From NCBI GenBank assembly GCA_013265495.1, contig MU058198.1:7021779-7085778 (forward strand): DNA of 64,000 nucleotides, read 5' to 3'. Positions 1-12,800 of the stretch are shown here, one piece after another; the stretch's first letter is position 1; every line of letters starts with the position of its first letter. Both the position numbers and the translations under genes were made by a program. Under the pieces are notes generated by a model. That model saw nothing but the letters and a program-made list of their open reading frames with translations, did no database searches and was not told where the DNA came from. This stretch comes from Vicugna vicugna (lineage: Eukaryota).

Positions 1-643
1 TATACATATTCTTATTTTGTATTGTACTTCTATAATTATTATACCTAGCATAGTTAACCATTTATATTATCAAAGTAACTGATTTTTTTTTCCAGACACA
101 AGGGAAAACTAGAGAACAGAAAACTAAGAATTCTTTAGCTATTTCTTCCTATGAGTATACATTTAATACCACTTAAATAAATTTATAGTGGCAAAAATAA
201 ACATATTTATAATATCATATATGAAGTCACTTGCATTTTTTTCATATTTTATCAATCTATTGCCATTCTAAGAAACAGGATAAAAGTTATACTTAATGAC
301 CAATGTTTTTTGTTTGTTTCTTTCATAGAAACTGTCCGGGCATCTAAACATTATTTATTAATTAACTTAATCATTTGTCTAAGGTCTTAAAATTAATTGA
401 AGATCTGAAAATTATAATTTTTGGTAGCATATTAAATCCTTATGATTTGTAACACTGTAAATATTCATCAAAATTAGGCCTTTTAAGATGATTTTTTAAA
501 GATATATATACTTATTATTTCTTTTAGTTGAATACAATTACATATTTTTCTTTAATTTAAATAATATACTCTACCAAACATTTAAAGAATTAACACCAAT
601 CTTTCTCAAACTGTTCAAAAACTAGAAGAGAGGAAACACTTTC

Positions 644-756
644 GACAATGAGTGTGTATATGTCCATGAATGACTGAAAAATTGTGCTGAACACTGGAAT
701 TTGACACAACACTGTAAAATGATTATGAATCAATAAAAAATGTTAAAAAAAAAAAG
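644..756 (+). mobile_element. Very short L1 3' end (camelid type) with A-tail, nested in the older L1
   Basis: Flanked by a perfect 17-bp direct repeat AGAGAGGAAACACTTTC (627-643 and 757-773). Ends in AATAAA plus an A-tract. Confidence 0.85.
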
Positions 757-1884
757 AGAGAGGAAACACTTTCTTCTCATTTTATGAGGCTAGTATTACC
801 CTAATACTAAAACCAGGCAAGGACACTAGAAGAACAGAAAATTACAGGTCAATACCCCTGATAAACATAGATGCAAAAATCCTCAATAAAATATTAGCAA
901 ACCAAATTCAGTAATACATTAAAGGGATCATATACCATGATTAATTGGGACTTATTCCAGGATGTAAGGATGGTTCAACATCCACAAATCCATCAATGTG
1001 ATACACCACATTAACAAAATGGAGGATAAAAATCATAGGATCATCTAAATAGATGGAGGGAAAGCATTTGAAAAACTCAACATCCATTTATAATAAAAAC
1101 CAACAAAAAAACTGGGTATAGAAAGAATGTACCTCAACATAGTAAGGCCCACAACTAACATCACATTCAATGGTGAAAAAGTGAAAGCTTTTTCTCTAAG
1201 ATCAGGAACAAGACAAGAATGCCCATTCTCACCACTTTTATTCGACATAGTATTGGAAGACCTAGCCAGAGTAATTAGGCAAGAAAAAGAAATAAAACCC
1301 ACCAAATCAGAAAGGAAGAAGTAAAACTATCTTTGCAAGTAACACACTATTATATATAAGAAATCCTGAAGACTCCACCAAAAAAACTGTTAGAATAAAT
1401 GCACTCAGTAAAGTTGTAGGACACAAAATCAATATACAAAAACTAGCTGTATTTCTATACACTAAAAACAAACTATCAGAAAAAGAAATTTTTAAAAAAT
1501 TCCCACTCATAATAGCATCAAAAAGAATAAAATACCTAGGAATAAGGAGAGGTGAAAACCTGTACGTTGAAAATTATGACACTGATGCAAGAAATTCAAG
1601 ACACAAATAAATGGAGAGATATTTGTGTTCATAGATTGGAAAAAGCAATCCAAAGCAATCTACAGATTCAATGCAATCTCTATCAAAATTCCATTGGCAT
1701 TTTTCACAGAAACAGAACAAATAATCCAAAAAAATTTTAGGGTACCACAAAAGATCCCAAATAGCCAAAGCAATCTTGAGAAAGAAGAACAAAGCTGGAA
1801 GCATCACACTTCTTGGTTTCAAAGTATATTACAAAGCTATAGTTATCAAAACAACACGCAGCATTGGAAAAAAACAGACACATA

Positions 1885-2071
1885 ATAGTATATCTTAAAA
1901 AGTCTCATCAAAAGAAAAAAATTGTAACTATGTATACTGACAGATGTTAATTAGACTTATTATGATGATCATTTCACAATATATACAAATATTGAATCAG
2001 TATGTTGTACACCTGAAACTAATATGATGTCGTATGTCAATTATACCTCAATTTAAAAATTAGGGGAAAAT
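1885..2071 (+). mobile_element. L1 3'-terminal fragment (L1MA9-like tail) nested in the older L1
   Basis: 16-bp direct repeat AAAAAACAGACACATA at 1869-1884 and 2072-2087. Contains the typical L1 tail TGTACACCTGAAACTAATAT...TCAATTATACCTCAAT. Confidence 0.8.
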
Positions 2072-3718
2072 AAAAAACAGACACATACAACAACTGAACA
2101 GAATAGAGAGCTCAGAAAAGAACCTATGCATATGTGGTCAATTAAATTTACAACAAAGAATATGCAATGCCAAGAATATACAATGGGGACAGGATAGTCT
2201 CTTCAATAAATGGTGTTGGGAAAATTAGACAGCCACGTGCAAAAGAATGAAACTGAACCACTACCTTACACCACATGCAAAATGAACTCAAAATGGTTTA
2301 AAGACTTGAATGTAAGACCTAAAACAATTAAACTCCTAGATGAAAACATAGTGGGTAAGCTCCTTGACATTAGTCTTGGCAATAATTTTTTGGATTTGCT
2401 ACCAAAAGAAAAGGCAACAAAAGCAAAAATAAACAAGTGGAACTATGTCAAACTAAAAAGCTTCTGCACAGCAAAGGAAACCATCAACAAAACGAAAAAG
2501 CAGCCTATGAAATGGGAGAAAATATTTACCAATCACATGTGATAAGAGATTGGATATCCAAAATATATAAAGAACTCATATAACTCAACAGCAAAAAAAA
2601 ATCCAATTTTAAAATGGACAGAGGAACTGAACAGACACTTTTCCAAAGAAGACATACAAATGGCTAACAGGTATATGAAAAGGTGTTCAACATCACTAAT
2701 CATCAGGAAAATGCAAATCAAAACCACAACGAGATACCTTATACCTATTAGAATGACTGTTACCAAAAAGACAAGATATAAGTGTTGGAGAGGCTGTGGA
2801 AACAAGGGAACCCTGTATACTGTTGGTGGGAATGTAAATTGGTGTAGTCACTATGGAAAACAGTATGAAGAGTCTTCAGAAATTAAAAACAGAACTACCG
2901 TATGATCTAGCAATTCAACTTCTGGGTATCTAATCAAAGGAAAAAAAAATCACTATGTCAAGAGATATCTGCACCCCCATGTTCATTACAGCACTATTTA
3001 AAATAGCCAACACATGAAAATAGCCTAAGTTTCCATCGACAGAGGAATGAATAAAAAAAGTAATATTTATTTATTTATTCACTTATTTCAATCAGAAAAA
3101 AGAAAGAAATCCTGTCATTTGTGACAACATAAATAATAAGTGGGCCCTGAGGGTATGACGCTAAGTGATACAAGTTAGATAAAGAAAGATAAATACTGTG
3201 TGATATCACTTACAGGTGGCATTTAAAACAACCAAACTCACAGGAACAGAGAGCAGATTGCTGGTTGCCGAAGCCTGGATCCAGGGGGGGATGGCGGAAA
3301 TGGATGAAAGTTGTCAAAAGGTACAACTTCCAACTATAAGATAAATAAGTTCTGGGGGTATAATGTACATACAGCATGGTGACTATTTTAAAAAGAAAAA
3401 TTTCAAAAGATAAATCATATATGAAAACTAAGATAATTTTCTTAACTTATGAAATCAATAAAAAATTAAGAATGTTTAAATCATGAGAAAGCTAATCCTG
3501 ATCTGTACAAACCAGAATATTGTGCTGGCATTATTTTTACATGGCAAATTAAAATGTAAAGATACTGGATCATGCCAAAAGCTCTTGTTTTATCTTGGAA
3601 CTAAAGCCTTATCTCATCTGTAACTGTAATTACCAAGCCTATTACACAAATACAAATTTTTCAGTGCCCACAAATGAAAAATACATAGTTTAGAAATTCT
3701 TTTAGACATTTTTTTTTA

Positions 3719-4689
3719 CAGTTGACCCTTGAACAATGCGGGGATTAGGGAATGTAAGGAAACAAGACCCCCATCCCCCACCACTATGCAATTGAAATCC
3801 AAGTATAACCTTTAAAATTTTTCTAATTAAATTTTTTTGCAGGAGGGTAAGTAACTAGGTTTATTTATTTTATTTATTTCATAGTGGAGGTACTGGGGAT
3901 TGAACCCAGGATCTTGTACATGCTAAGCAGATACTCTACCACTGAGCTATACCCTCCTCACCCCAGTATAACTTTTGATTCCCCACCAAACTTAGCTACT
4001 GGCCTACTGTTGACCAGAAGCCTTACTGATAACATAAACAGTTGATAAACACATATTTTGCATGCTATATATATATATATATTATATACAGTATTCTTAC
4101 AATAAAGTAAGCTAGAGAAAATGTTATTAAGAAAATTGTAAGAAAGAGAAGCTACATTCACAGTACTGTATTTATTGATACTGTGAGTTTACATTGTCTG
4201 TTTATGAGATGAATCATCTGTCAGGATCAACATCAGAATTGTCTTATAGAAAACATTTTAGATATTGTATGTATTACTAACATTAGACATCAAAAATGAA
4301 AAGATAATGTGAAAAGGAAATTCACGTTTATTTGCAGATACAACAATTCATCCACTGATAAAGAAGCAGCAGCAATATGATTGCCTTCTGAAGCCTAGTG
4401 TGGTTGACAGTGCCACGTATGGTCCATCAATGTTTGTGTGTGTAAGTTCTGATAAATTTTCACTTCCTATAATAGTGTATATGTTATGGTAGTAATAGAC
4501 TAGTATCTGCTTATATTTTATGTATTCATGATATACCTAACTTTTTCTTAATTTTTTCAATACTTCTAAGCTACATGTTTTTTCAAATTGTTGCATATCT
4601 CAAAACTTTTTCCCAACATATTTATTGAAAAAAATCTACATATAAGTTGACCCATGCAGTTCAAATCCATGTTGTTTGAGGGTCAACTA
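3719..4689. mobile_element. Non-autonomous TcMar-Tigger DNA transposon (Tigger2/MER28-like)
   Basis: Terminal inverted repeats CAGTTGACCCTTGAACAA (from 3719) and TTGTTTGAGGGTCAACTA (to 4689). TA dinucleotides on both sides (3717-3718, 4690-4691). Confidence 0.88.
3812..3964 (-). mobile_element. tRNA-derived SINE (camelid type) inserted in the Tigger element
   Basis: Minus strand reads GAGGGTATAGCTCAGTGGTAGAG (A box) ... GGTTCAATCCCC (B box), followed by an A-rich tail. Approximate TSD AGTATAACYTTT at 3802 and 3965. Confidence 0.85.
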
Positions 4690-4948
4690 TATTTAACTGA
4701 CTGGATATTCCTAGAGTGCACACATTTCAATGAAATAATTTTTATTAGTTAATCTTGAAAGGTTTCCAAGAAAGGAAAATGGACAGCAAAAAAAGTGAGA
4801 GGAAGCTATTTCAGACAAATATGAAATGATCACTCTAAAAAGCTAATCCAGATAAAACAATATGAATGCAAACCCCCCCCCGATTTCAACATATACATAT
4901 ACACAATAAAAGAGTGGCATTTTAAAAATATCATAGGTACTTGACAAT

Positions 4949-5110
4949 ATTTATTTATTTATTTATAATTATTTTATTTCTTATCTTTTTCTTTTGGTGG
5001 GGGTAAGGTAATTAAGTTTATTTATTTTTGGAGGAGGTACTGGGGATTGAACCCAGAACCTTGTGTATGCTAAGCATGCACTCTACCACTTGAGCTATAC
5101 CCTCCCCACT
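4949..5110 (-). mobile_element. tRNA-derived SINE (camelid type)
   Basis: Same A/B-box head as the SINE at 3812-3964. Perfect 13-bp TSD GGTACTTGACAAT (4936-4948 and 5111-5123). Confidence 0.88.
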
Positions 5111-5221
5111 GGTACTTGACAATTTAATAGAGCTATGCAATTTGGAAATCAGCATTTATTAATCTCCAAAGTATGGAAATGAAATATCACCTATGTTAAA
5201 CAAAATAATCTCTCTCTTTTT

Positions 5222-6736
5222 GAAGAAGAATGGAGTTGGGTGAATCATGAGCCCTGACTTCAGACTATACTACAAAGCTACAGTAATCAAAACAGTATGG
5301 TACTGGCACAAAAACAGACACATAGATCAATGGAATGGGATAGAAAGTCCAGAAATAAACTCCAGCACTTACAGTCAATTAATCTACAATAAAGAAGGCA
5401 AGAATATAGGTGGAGAAAAGGCAGTCTCTTCAATAAATAGTGCTGGGAAAACTGGACAGCTACATGTAAAAGACTGAAATTAGAACATTCTCTAACACCA
5501 TATACAAAAATAAACTCAAAATGGATTAAAGATCTAAATGGAAGACCAGATTCTATAAAACTCCTAGAGGAAAACATAGGCAGAACATTCTTGGACATAA
5601 ATCACAGCACTATATTTTTTGAATCAGCTCCTGGAGTAATGGAAATAAAAGCAAAACTAAACAAATGGGATCTAATTAAATTTAAAAGCTTTTGCACATC
5701 TAAGGATACCATCAACAAGATGAAAAGACAACCTATAGAATGGGAGAAAATATTTGCAAATGATACAACTGACAAGGGACTAATTTCCAAAATATACTAA
5801 CAGCTCATACACTTTAATAAAAAAAAAGCAACCTAACCCAAAAATGAGCAGAAGACCTAATAGACATCTCTCCAAAGAAGACATCCTGATGGCCAACAAG
5901 CACATGAAAAGATGCTCAACATCACCAGTTGTTAGAGAAACACAGATCAAAACTACAATGAGATATCACCTCACACCAGTCAGAATAGCCATCATAAAAA
6001 GTCAATAAATGATAAATGCTGCAGAGGGTGTGGAGAAAAAGGAACCCTCCTACATTGTTGGTGGAAATATAAATTGGTGCAGCCATTATGGAGGACAGTA
6101 TGAAGGTTCCTTAAAAAATTACAAATAGACTTACCATATGATACAGCAATCCCACTCCTGGGCATATATCTGGAGAAAAATATAATTTAAAAAGACACGT
6201 GCATCCCAGTGTTCACAGCAGCCCTATTTACAATAGCCAAGACATGGAAACAACCCAAATGTCCATTGACAGATGATTGGATAAAGAAGATGTGGTACAT
6301 ATGTAAACATATATATATAGAAATACTACTCAGCCATAAAAAAGAATAAAATAATGCCATTTGCAGCAACATGGATGGACCTGGAGATCATCATTCTAAG
6401 TGAAGTAAGACAGAAAGAGAAAGAAAAATGTCATATGATATTGCTTATATGTGAATCTCAAAAAAAGGACACAAATGAACTTATCTACAAAACAAACAGA
6501 CTCACAGACATTGAGAACAAACTTATGGTTACCAGGAGGTAAAGGGGTTGGGAAAAGAAAAATTGGGAATTCGAAAATTGCACCTCTTGGGGAATGATGG
6601 AAATGTTAGCTATCTTGATTGTGGTGGTGGTTCCATACGTGTATACATTTTTCAAAAATTAATCGAATTGTACATTTGAAATACATGTAGTTCACTGTAC
6701 AGGAACCATACCACAATAAAGGTGTTAAAAAAAAAG
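5222..6736 (+). mobile_element. 5'-truncated LINE-1 (~1.5 kb; end of ORF2, 3' UTR and A-tail)
   Basis: ORF2 peptides [42 protein letters not shown] and MPFAATWMDLEIIILSEV. AATAAA and an A-tail near 6715-6735. Near-identical flanks AATCTCTC(TC)TTTT at ~5207 and ~6737. Confidence 0.92.
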
Positions 6737-7899
6737 AATCTCTCTTTTGGACAAGCAAAACAATCTTCTCATGAGGATTTTTCCTCTTTTTGTTCTAAGG
6801 TTCCTCTCAAATAAAGAACCTTGTTCTTGTCCAAAGTTCCCCAAAATGGCCACTGCAATTCTAAATTGTCCCTAGTGAAAAGTGTGCCAATTAGAAAGAT
6901 AAGGGTATGAGTTAGTAATTGTGAGACAACACGAAGGAATCAGGCATTTGGCTCAACTTTAGCTGAGACAAGGGTTCATAGAGATGCTGCTATGCAACCG
7001 TGTATCTCCAGAACTTGGCCAAAAACCAGCTGTCATTGATCAGGAGTCAGAAACAATGCCCTGATTCTGGGAAGAAGAAATGAAACAAAGCAGTTCTCAG
7101 GAAAGACAAAACTGAGGAAGAAGTACTTGTAAAGGTTTGAAGTGGCAACCTGAGGCAAAGTTTATTCAAAAGACACTGGTTTGAGGATACTTTCTGAACT
7201 CCCCAGTTTCTAGCGCTGGTTGTAGGATAGATTTATTGGGCCTTGGTTGATAGTGTGCCTTGTCCGGTTAATTCTGATAACAAATGACCCCAGCACGCTA
7301 ACTAGTTACATGACCCCCAAGCAGCTGGCATCCCCAGCTTCTCAGAGGGACAAGTTGTGTTCAGCCACCAGAGACTGAGCAATACATAATAGCTTTGTGA
7401 TACCCTTAGACATCCAGGTCTGCATACCCTTTCTTTCTCTATAGACTTTTTCTCTTATAGACAAATGACATTCAAAACACTTGACAGGGGAACAGACCAC
7501 AGGAGCAGGCGTAGAAAGCCAGAAAACAATTTCCCCAAGGAAAAATAAAAATCTGAGTGGATAACCAAAAAACTGAAGGGGGCCTTATTCCAAGGAAAAC
7601 AAACAAAATAATCCCAACACTCAAGGGTCTCCACAAAACACCAGAGCTCAATTCAGCAAGAACTTACCTCCTAGCCATGGGCAGGATGGCACCTCAAACA
7701 GTTGGAGACACAAGGGGTCTCCGATGTGCACATCATTACTGAAGTTACTAGAGTGGAGGGTCTCAGTCAAAGGTAGTGAGGGCTTCAGCTGAATCTCTGT
7801 GAATCCTCCATTTCTGACAATGCCCTTCAGCCAAAGACACCAGGAACATACCTGTAGCTGAACAGAGGAGATGGCATACCTTGGGGCACCCATCCTAGG

Positions 7900-8360
7900 C
7901 ACCCCAGTAAATGTATATTAGAAAGGATTTATTACAGGACTGAGGCTTGTGTTAGATGATTTTCTAGGAGGGTTTGAGAAAGATTTGCTCAAGGTTGGAT
8001 GCTGTCAGGAAGTGGGGATAATTTTTTTTGGTTATCTTAATTCTTATCTAGGAATTAGGAGTGGAGCAGTGCTAAAGAAGCAACAGTCACTCGAAGTGTG
8101 AGGGAGAGTGTTGTGTTTGGTCACTTTTGTGGTCTGGACAATATTTTTGTTTTTGTGTTCAGGCATAATTATGGAGTGGTCTTTCTCTCAATCCATGAGT
8201 GGTTTTCTCTGATGTTGGTGTTTTATAAAATTGTTTATGCTCAGCAGGGCAACACCATAGCCTAGCTAATAGTGCCAGGCCCCCTGCTAGCAATACTGAG
8301 GCTTCTGAAAGAAGACTGCAAACTAGTTCCCAGTTGTCATGAGCTGCTTCTCTTTTTTCA
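7900..8360. mobile_element. Probable old ERVL-type LTR fragment
   Basis: General resemblance only. Family and boundaries are not resolved. Confidence 0.3.
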
Positions 8361-9099
8361 CTAGCTACATTTGAAAAATTAGAATTAGCAACCCTCTTTG
8401 ATAAAACATGGGCTCCTCAGGTCACCACAGGCCCCATTACTTCCCAGTACCTTGTAACTGGCCCACCCCACTCATTTACACTCCTACCTGTTCCCTGGCA
8501 TTTAAATTTGCGCCCTTGACTAAGCAGAAAAGGAACCAAGCAAGCCGAGAGAGAAGTGACTTGCCTGAAATCACCCAGTGATCTGATGGCAAGTCAGAAA
8601 CTACAACTTCCGTGTTTAGTTAGTTTTCCCTCCAGCAAATTCCCCTGCTAGACATTCAGGTTGTTAAATCTCTGATGTATCAGCTTCTCAACTAAATGTA
8701 GGTGAAGTCAGATAAAAACACCTCTCCCACACTTTATCAACGTGTTCTTAGCTTACTTATTCCTTTAGGGGTTCGGTGTCTCACGACATCGCCTCGGATT
8801 CTAAGAACTTTGCCAGCTGCTCCATCCACCTCTGACATTCTTTCTGCTACTCAAATATGCCAAGTGTGTTCCTCCTGAAGGTCTTTGTATTTGCCCTTGG
8901 CTCTGCCTGGAACGCTAGGCTCTCACACCTCCAGGTGGCCGCTTCTTCTGAGCTTCAGCTCAGTATCCCTTCCTCAGAGAAGCCCTCCATGACGACCTTA
9001 CCTACTCACACCCTGCATGCCCTAGCACTACTACCACCTCCTCTGGGAGAACACCCGCTCTTTGCCTCCTTTAAGGGCTTCCTTGGTACTTTGTCCGCA

Positions 9100-9870
9100 G
9101 CTCTCCTCAAACGCGCAAAGCTGGGAGGCGGGAAACTTTGCCCAATCCTCTGCCTCTCTGGGCCCCAGTTTTTCCTTCACGCCCAGGAAGCGCTCTGAGA
9201 GCACAGATTCGGGGCAGGGACGACGCTCTCCACATCAGGCAGGAGGCCAGGCGCCTCTTACTTCACGTCTCCAGGACCGACTACCTGAACGCACCTCGCG
9301 CAGCGCCCAGCACGGCCGCGATCCGCGCGCAACCCCTCAACTGGCCCGAAGACACCACGCATGCGCCGAAACTCCCGTCCCCACGAGATTGGGGGCGGGA
9401 CCTAGAAGCGGCTGCGCAGCTGCTCACCCGGCTTCCGGGTGATGCTGGCGGGATGGGTCTGCGAGCCAGTGCCGCTGAGTAGCGGCGGCATAGGGGCGTG
9501 CGAGCCCAGAGATCCAGCCCGGGGGCTCAGGTCCCCGGGTTCTCTGGGAGCGGCCGGAGGGAGCGGAGAGAACCTAGGATTGCCGCCCGCCGCAACCCCT
9601 GGGCATGTCCGCAGAAGCCTCGGGCCCGGCGGCGGCCGAGGCCCCGTCCCTGGAGGTCCCTAAGCCCTCGGGTCTCGAGCCTGGCTCTGCCGCCCACTGT
9701 CTCAAGCCACTGACCCCGAACAGCAAGTACGTGAAGTTGAACGTGGGCGGCTCGCTGCACTACACCACGCTGCGCACCCTCACTGGACAAGACACCATGC
9801 TCAAGGCCATGTTCAGCGGCCGCGCGGAGGTGCTCACTGACGCCGGAGGTACGCGAGCCGCTCTTGCTTA
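9100..9870 (+). promoter_or_regulatory. KCTD13 CpG-island promoter
   Basis: CpG-dense. NRF1-like ACGCATGCGC (9357-9366), GC box GGGGCGGG (~9392) and ETS CTTCCGG (~9433) lie upstream of the ATG at 9605. Confidence 0.85.
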
Positions 9871-12800
9871 CTGCCCTGCATCCTCCAGATCCACATCTCC
9901 CTTTCCCCTAGTCTTTCATCGCGCAGTCTCCTCATGCCCCTTCTCTCCTGTCGTCCGGTCAACTCATCCTCAGCTCCTCCAGCCGCCACATCCCATCTCA
10001 TCTCCCCTTTCTCATTCACGATCTCCCTCCTCCCCGGCCCCCGGCCCCCAATCTTTTCCCCCAGCGGTAGTAACCAGCATTCATGGAAAACCCAACCCCT
10101 CAACTACACTGCCAGGCGCTGTGGTAAGTGATTCAACATGTCAGCTCAGAATTTTCATGACTACTCCCCACTGATTCTCCCACCCTTCACCCCTCAGCTC
10201 AAAAGACTTGGGAACCAGCCCTGCTGCCAACAGCATGTTTCCAGGCAACCTTCACCAATGTCTTAAAACTGCCCAGCCTTTTGTTCCTCTCTACCTCAGC
10301 ACTGTTAACAACCTCCCAGAGAGCTGGAGGATCTTGTCTGTCTCTGTTCCCTTAACATAGGTCCCTGTACATCTGTAAATACAGACTGTAGAAGAAGGGG
10401 GCTGCTTTGGGTTTGCCAGGGACGCCAGAGTGGAGAATGAACAGATCTCTTTGGCAGGCGAACCTTACCTTCTCGAAGCTTTACATTCATGTCTAGGCCC
10501 CATTGCCCAAGTGGAACCTTAAAGTTTGGTGGGGGTGGGGAGGGATTCAGAGACAATTAACAAGGATTGTGAGAGCAGGAAAATAAAAATTGGGGAGGTA
10601 GAACTCAGTCTTCAAATATCTGAAGGTGACGAATTTATTTATTCACTAAGAATTTGTAAAATGCCAGTTAGTGCTGGAGATTGGTTAACGAATCTGATAA
10701 ATTAGCCTTATGGAATTTTCTTTTTTTGTAGGGGCAGGGAGAGAACAATAAACAAGTAAACATACCAAAACACAAACAAAACACGTAACTCTAGATAGTA
10801 ATAAGTTCTATGAAGAATATAAAGGTTAAAATGGTGGTAAACTGGAGATTGGAGTAGACATTTTAATTTAATAGGATGGTCAGAATTAAGAGGTTAGAGG
10901 TTTATTGATAAGGTATCTGTAGGAGCTTTCTCACGGTGAGAACCTTTTCAGTGTAGAACAGACTTGGGAGGGAATTAATTCTCTGGCTGGATGTATTAAA
11001 AAGAGGCCTATGGGAGAACTCACTAGAGATTTTTTTAAAGGAATTTTCTTGAATATGGTAGAGGCTTGAGACAGATCGGTTTTCAGACTTGTAGCTTTGG
11101 AATCCCTTTTTCATAAGAATTAGTAGCTCTAAGGCCTTCAGCAAAGCCATCCTTCCTCCTGCCTCTCCCCACCCTCCAGGTTGGGTGCTGATTGACCGGA
11201 GCGGCCGCCACTTTGGTACAATCCTCAACTACCTGCGAGACGGGTCCGTGCCACTGCCTGAGAATACCAGAGAACTGGGGGAGCTACTGGGCGAAGCACG
11301 CTACTACCTGGTACAGGGACTGATTGAGGATTGCCAGCTGGCACTGCAGGTGAGGGTCCCTCCCCCACCTCCTGAGTCCCACCCCTATGCCCATGTCCCT
11401 GGGAGAGCTGCCCAAGCAGTTAGCTATTAAGACATTAAAATAAATAAATAAATAAAAGGAAATATGGGGCACTGCCTGGAGGACTTGCCTCTGGCCTGGC
11501 TCTGACTAGCCATGACAGCAGAGACTTTGGGGGTACTGTCCTCTGCATTCTGCTGCCCCAGGCAGGGCCCCCCTCACCACCTCATGCCAAGACTACTGCA
11601 GTGGCTAAATGACTGCTCTCTCTGCTTCTTGCTGCTTCTACCCAGCCGATCCAACTGTTACACTACCACCAAATAATTGTCCAGTTTATTCTCTCCTTTG
11701 CTCAGAAATTCCAAATAGCTCCCTTGTCCCACTATGAAAAAAAAATCTAAATTCAAATTGGAACATAGTGATCTCCATGATCTGGTCCAACCCTGGGAGG
11801 CAGCATTCCACCCCTCCCAGGGCATTAATAATTTTTTTTCTAGTAATGAAATATTATAGAAGCAGCCACTCATAATAAAACAGGGTTGGGGGTTCCAGAG
11901 CCCCACCTGCTGGGCTTTTCTTCTGGGGATCTCTTAAGACTGTGAGGAGAAGAGCTTGGAAAGCACAGCCAGGGCATAGGGGTTAAGTGCTGCCTCCACC
12001 ACAGCTGACTGAGTGACCTTGAGTGAGTCAATTCCTACCTCGGGCATTCTGTTCTCATGTTCCAAAAGATAGTGAAATGAGAAAAATGTGTACAGTGTAG
12101 TGAGTTTCACATAAAGCCTTTTATTCTGTTTCATTTTTACAATGTTCAAAGTGTCCTTTTATGATACAGTATTAATAGGAGATTATAAGAGTTTCCTTTT
12201 AGATGCCCTTTATATATTAAAAAGTGGCAACTATGAACAACTCTCTGTTATCTTGGAGAATACTTACTGATTCTTAAAATCCGAAAGCATAGAATTCCTT
12301 TGAGCCATATCCATGTTTTTCAAACTTCTTGACTGCATCTCATAGGAAAAAAATGCATTTTATACTCACATATAAATAATTGAAATAAGAGTTTTAGTAA
12401 ATGAAACTTTTAGTGAAATACCCTCTGATATATTCTATTTTCTTTTTTTCTTTCCAATGCTATTTGGGACCCATTAAATTTATTTCATGACCCATTAATG
12501 GGTTACCACTAGCAGTCTGAAAAACATTAAACTAGATTATTTTGGAAGTGCATTCCTGCTCTATATGGCTCTACATTTATCTAATGTTATCTCACCCCCA
12601 CCGTGTGTTAGGATCGGTTCTGTTATCTTCCTGTATCCCTGTTTGACATAAAAAGAAACACGAGGGAAGCTGGGGATGCATCCAAGGTCAAAGAGCTGAT
12701 AAGCAGCAAAGCTCAGTCAACCGCAGTTTATCTGACTCCCAAGCACAGTACTTTTTCTTCTGTGCTCCAACTGCCTCCTTTCCAAGTTTCCCCGAGATCA

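Larger units (their letters stand above)
570..3390 (+). mobile_element. 5'-truncated, decayed LINE-1 (ORF2 RT/C-terminal region plus part of the 3' UTR), interrupted by two nested L1 3'-end insertions
   Basis: ORF fragments resemble L1 ORF2 ([71 protein letters not shown]...[37 protein letters not shown]). Many frameshifts and stops. Confidence 0.93.

Noticed and set aside
1045..6542. Short ORFs in the first 6.5 kb as host genes
   Set aside because: They are L1 ORF2 fragments, their antisense frames, or Tigger sequence.
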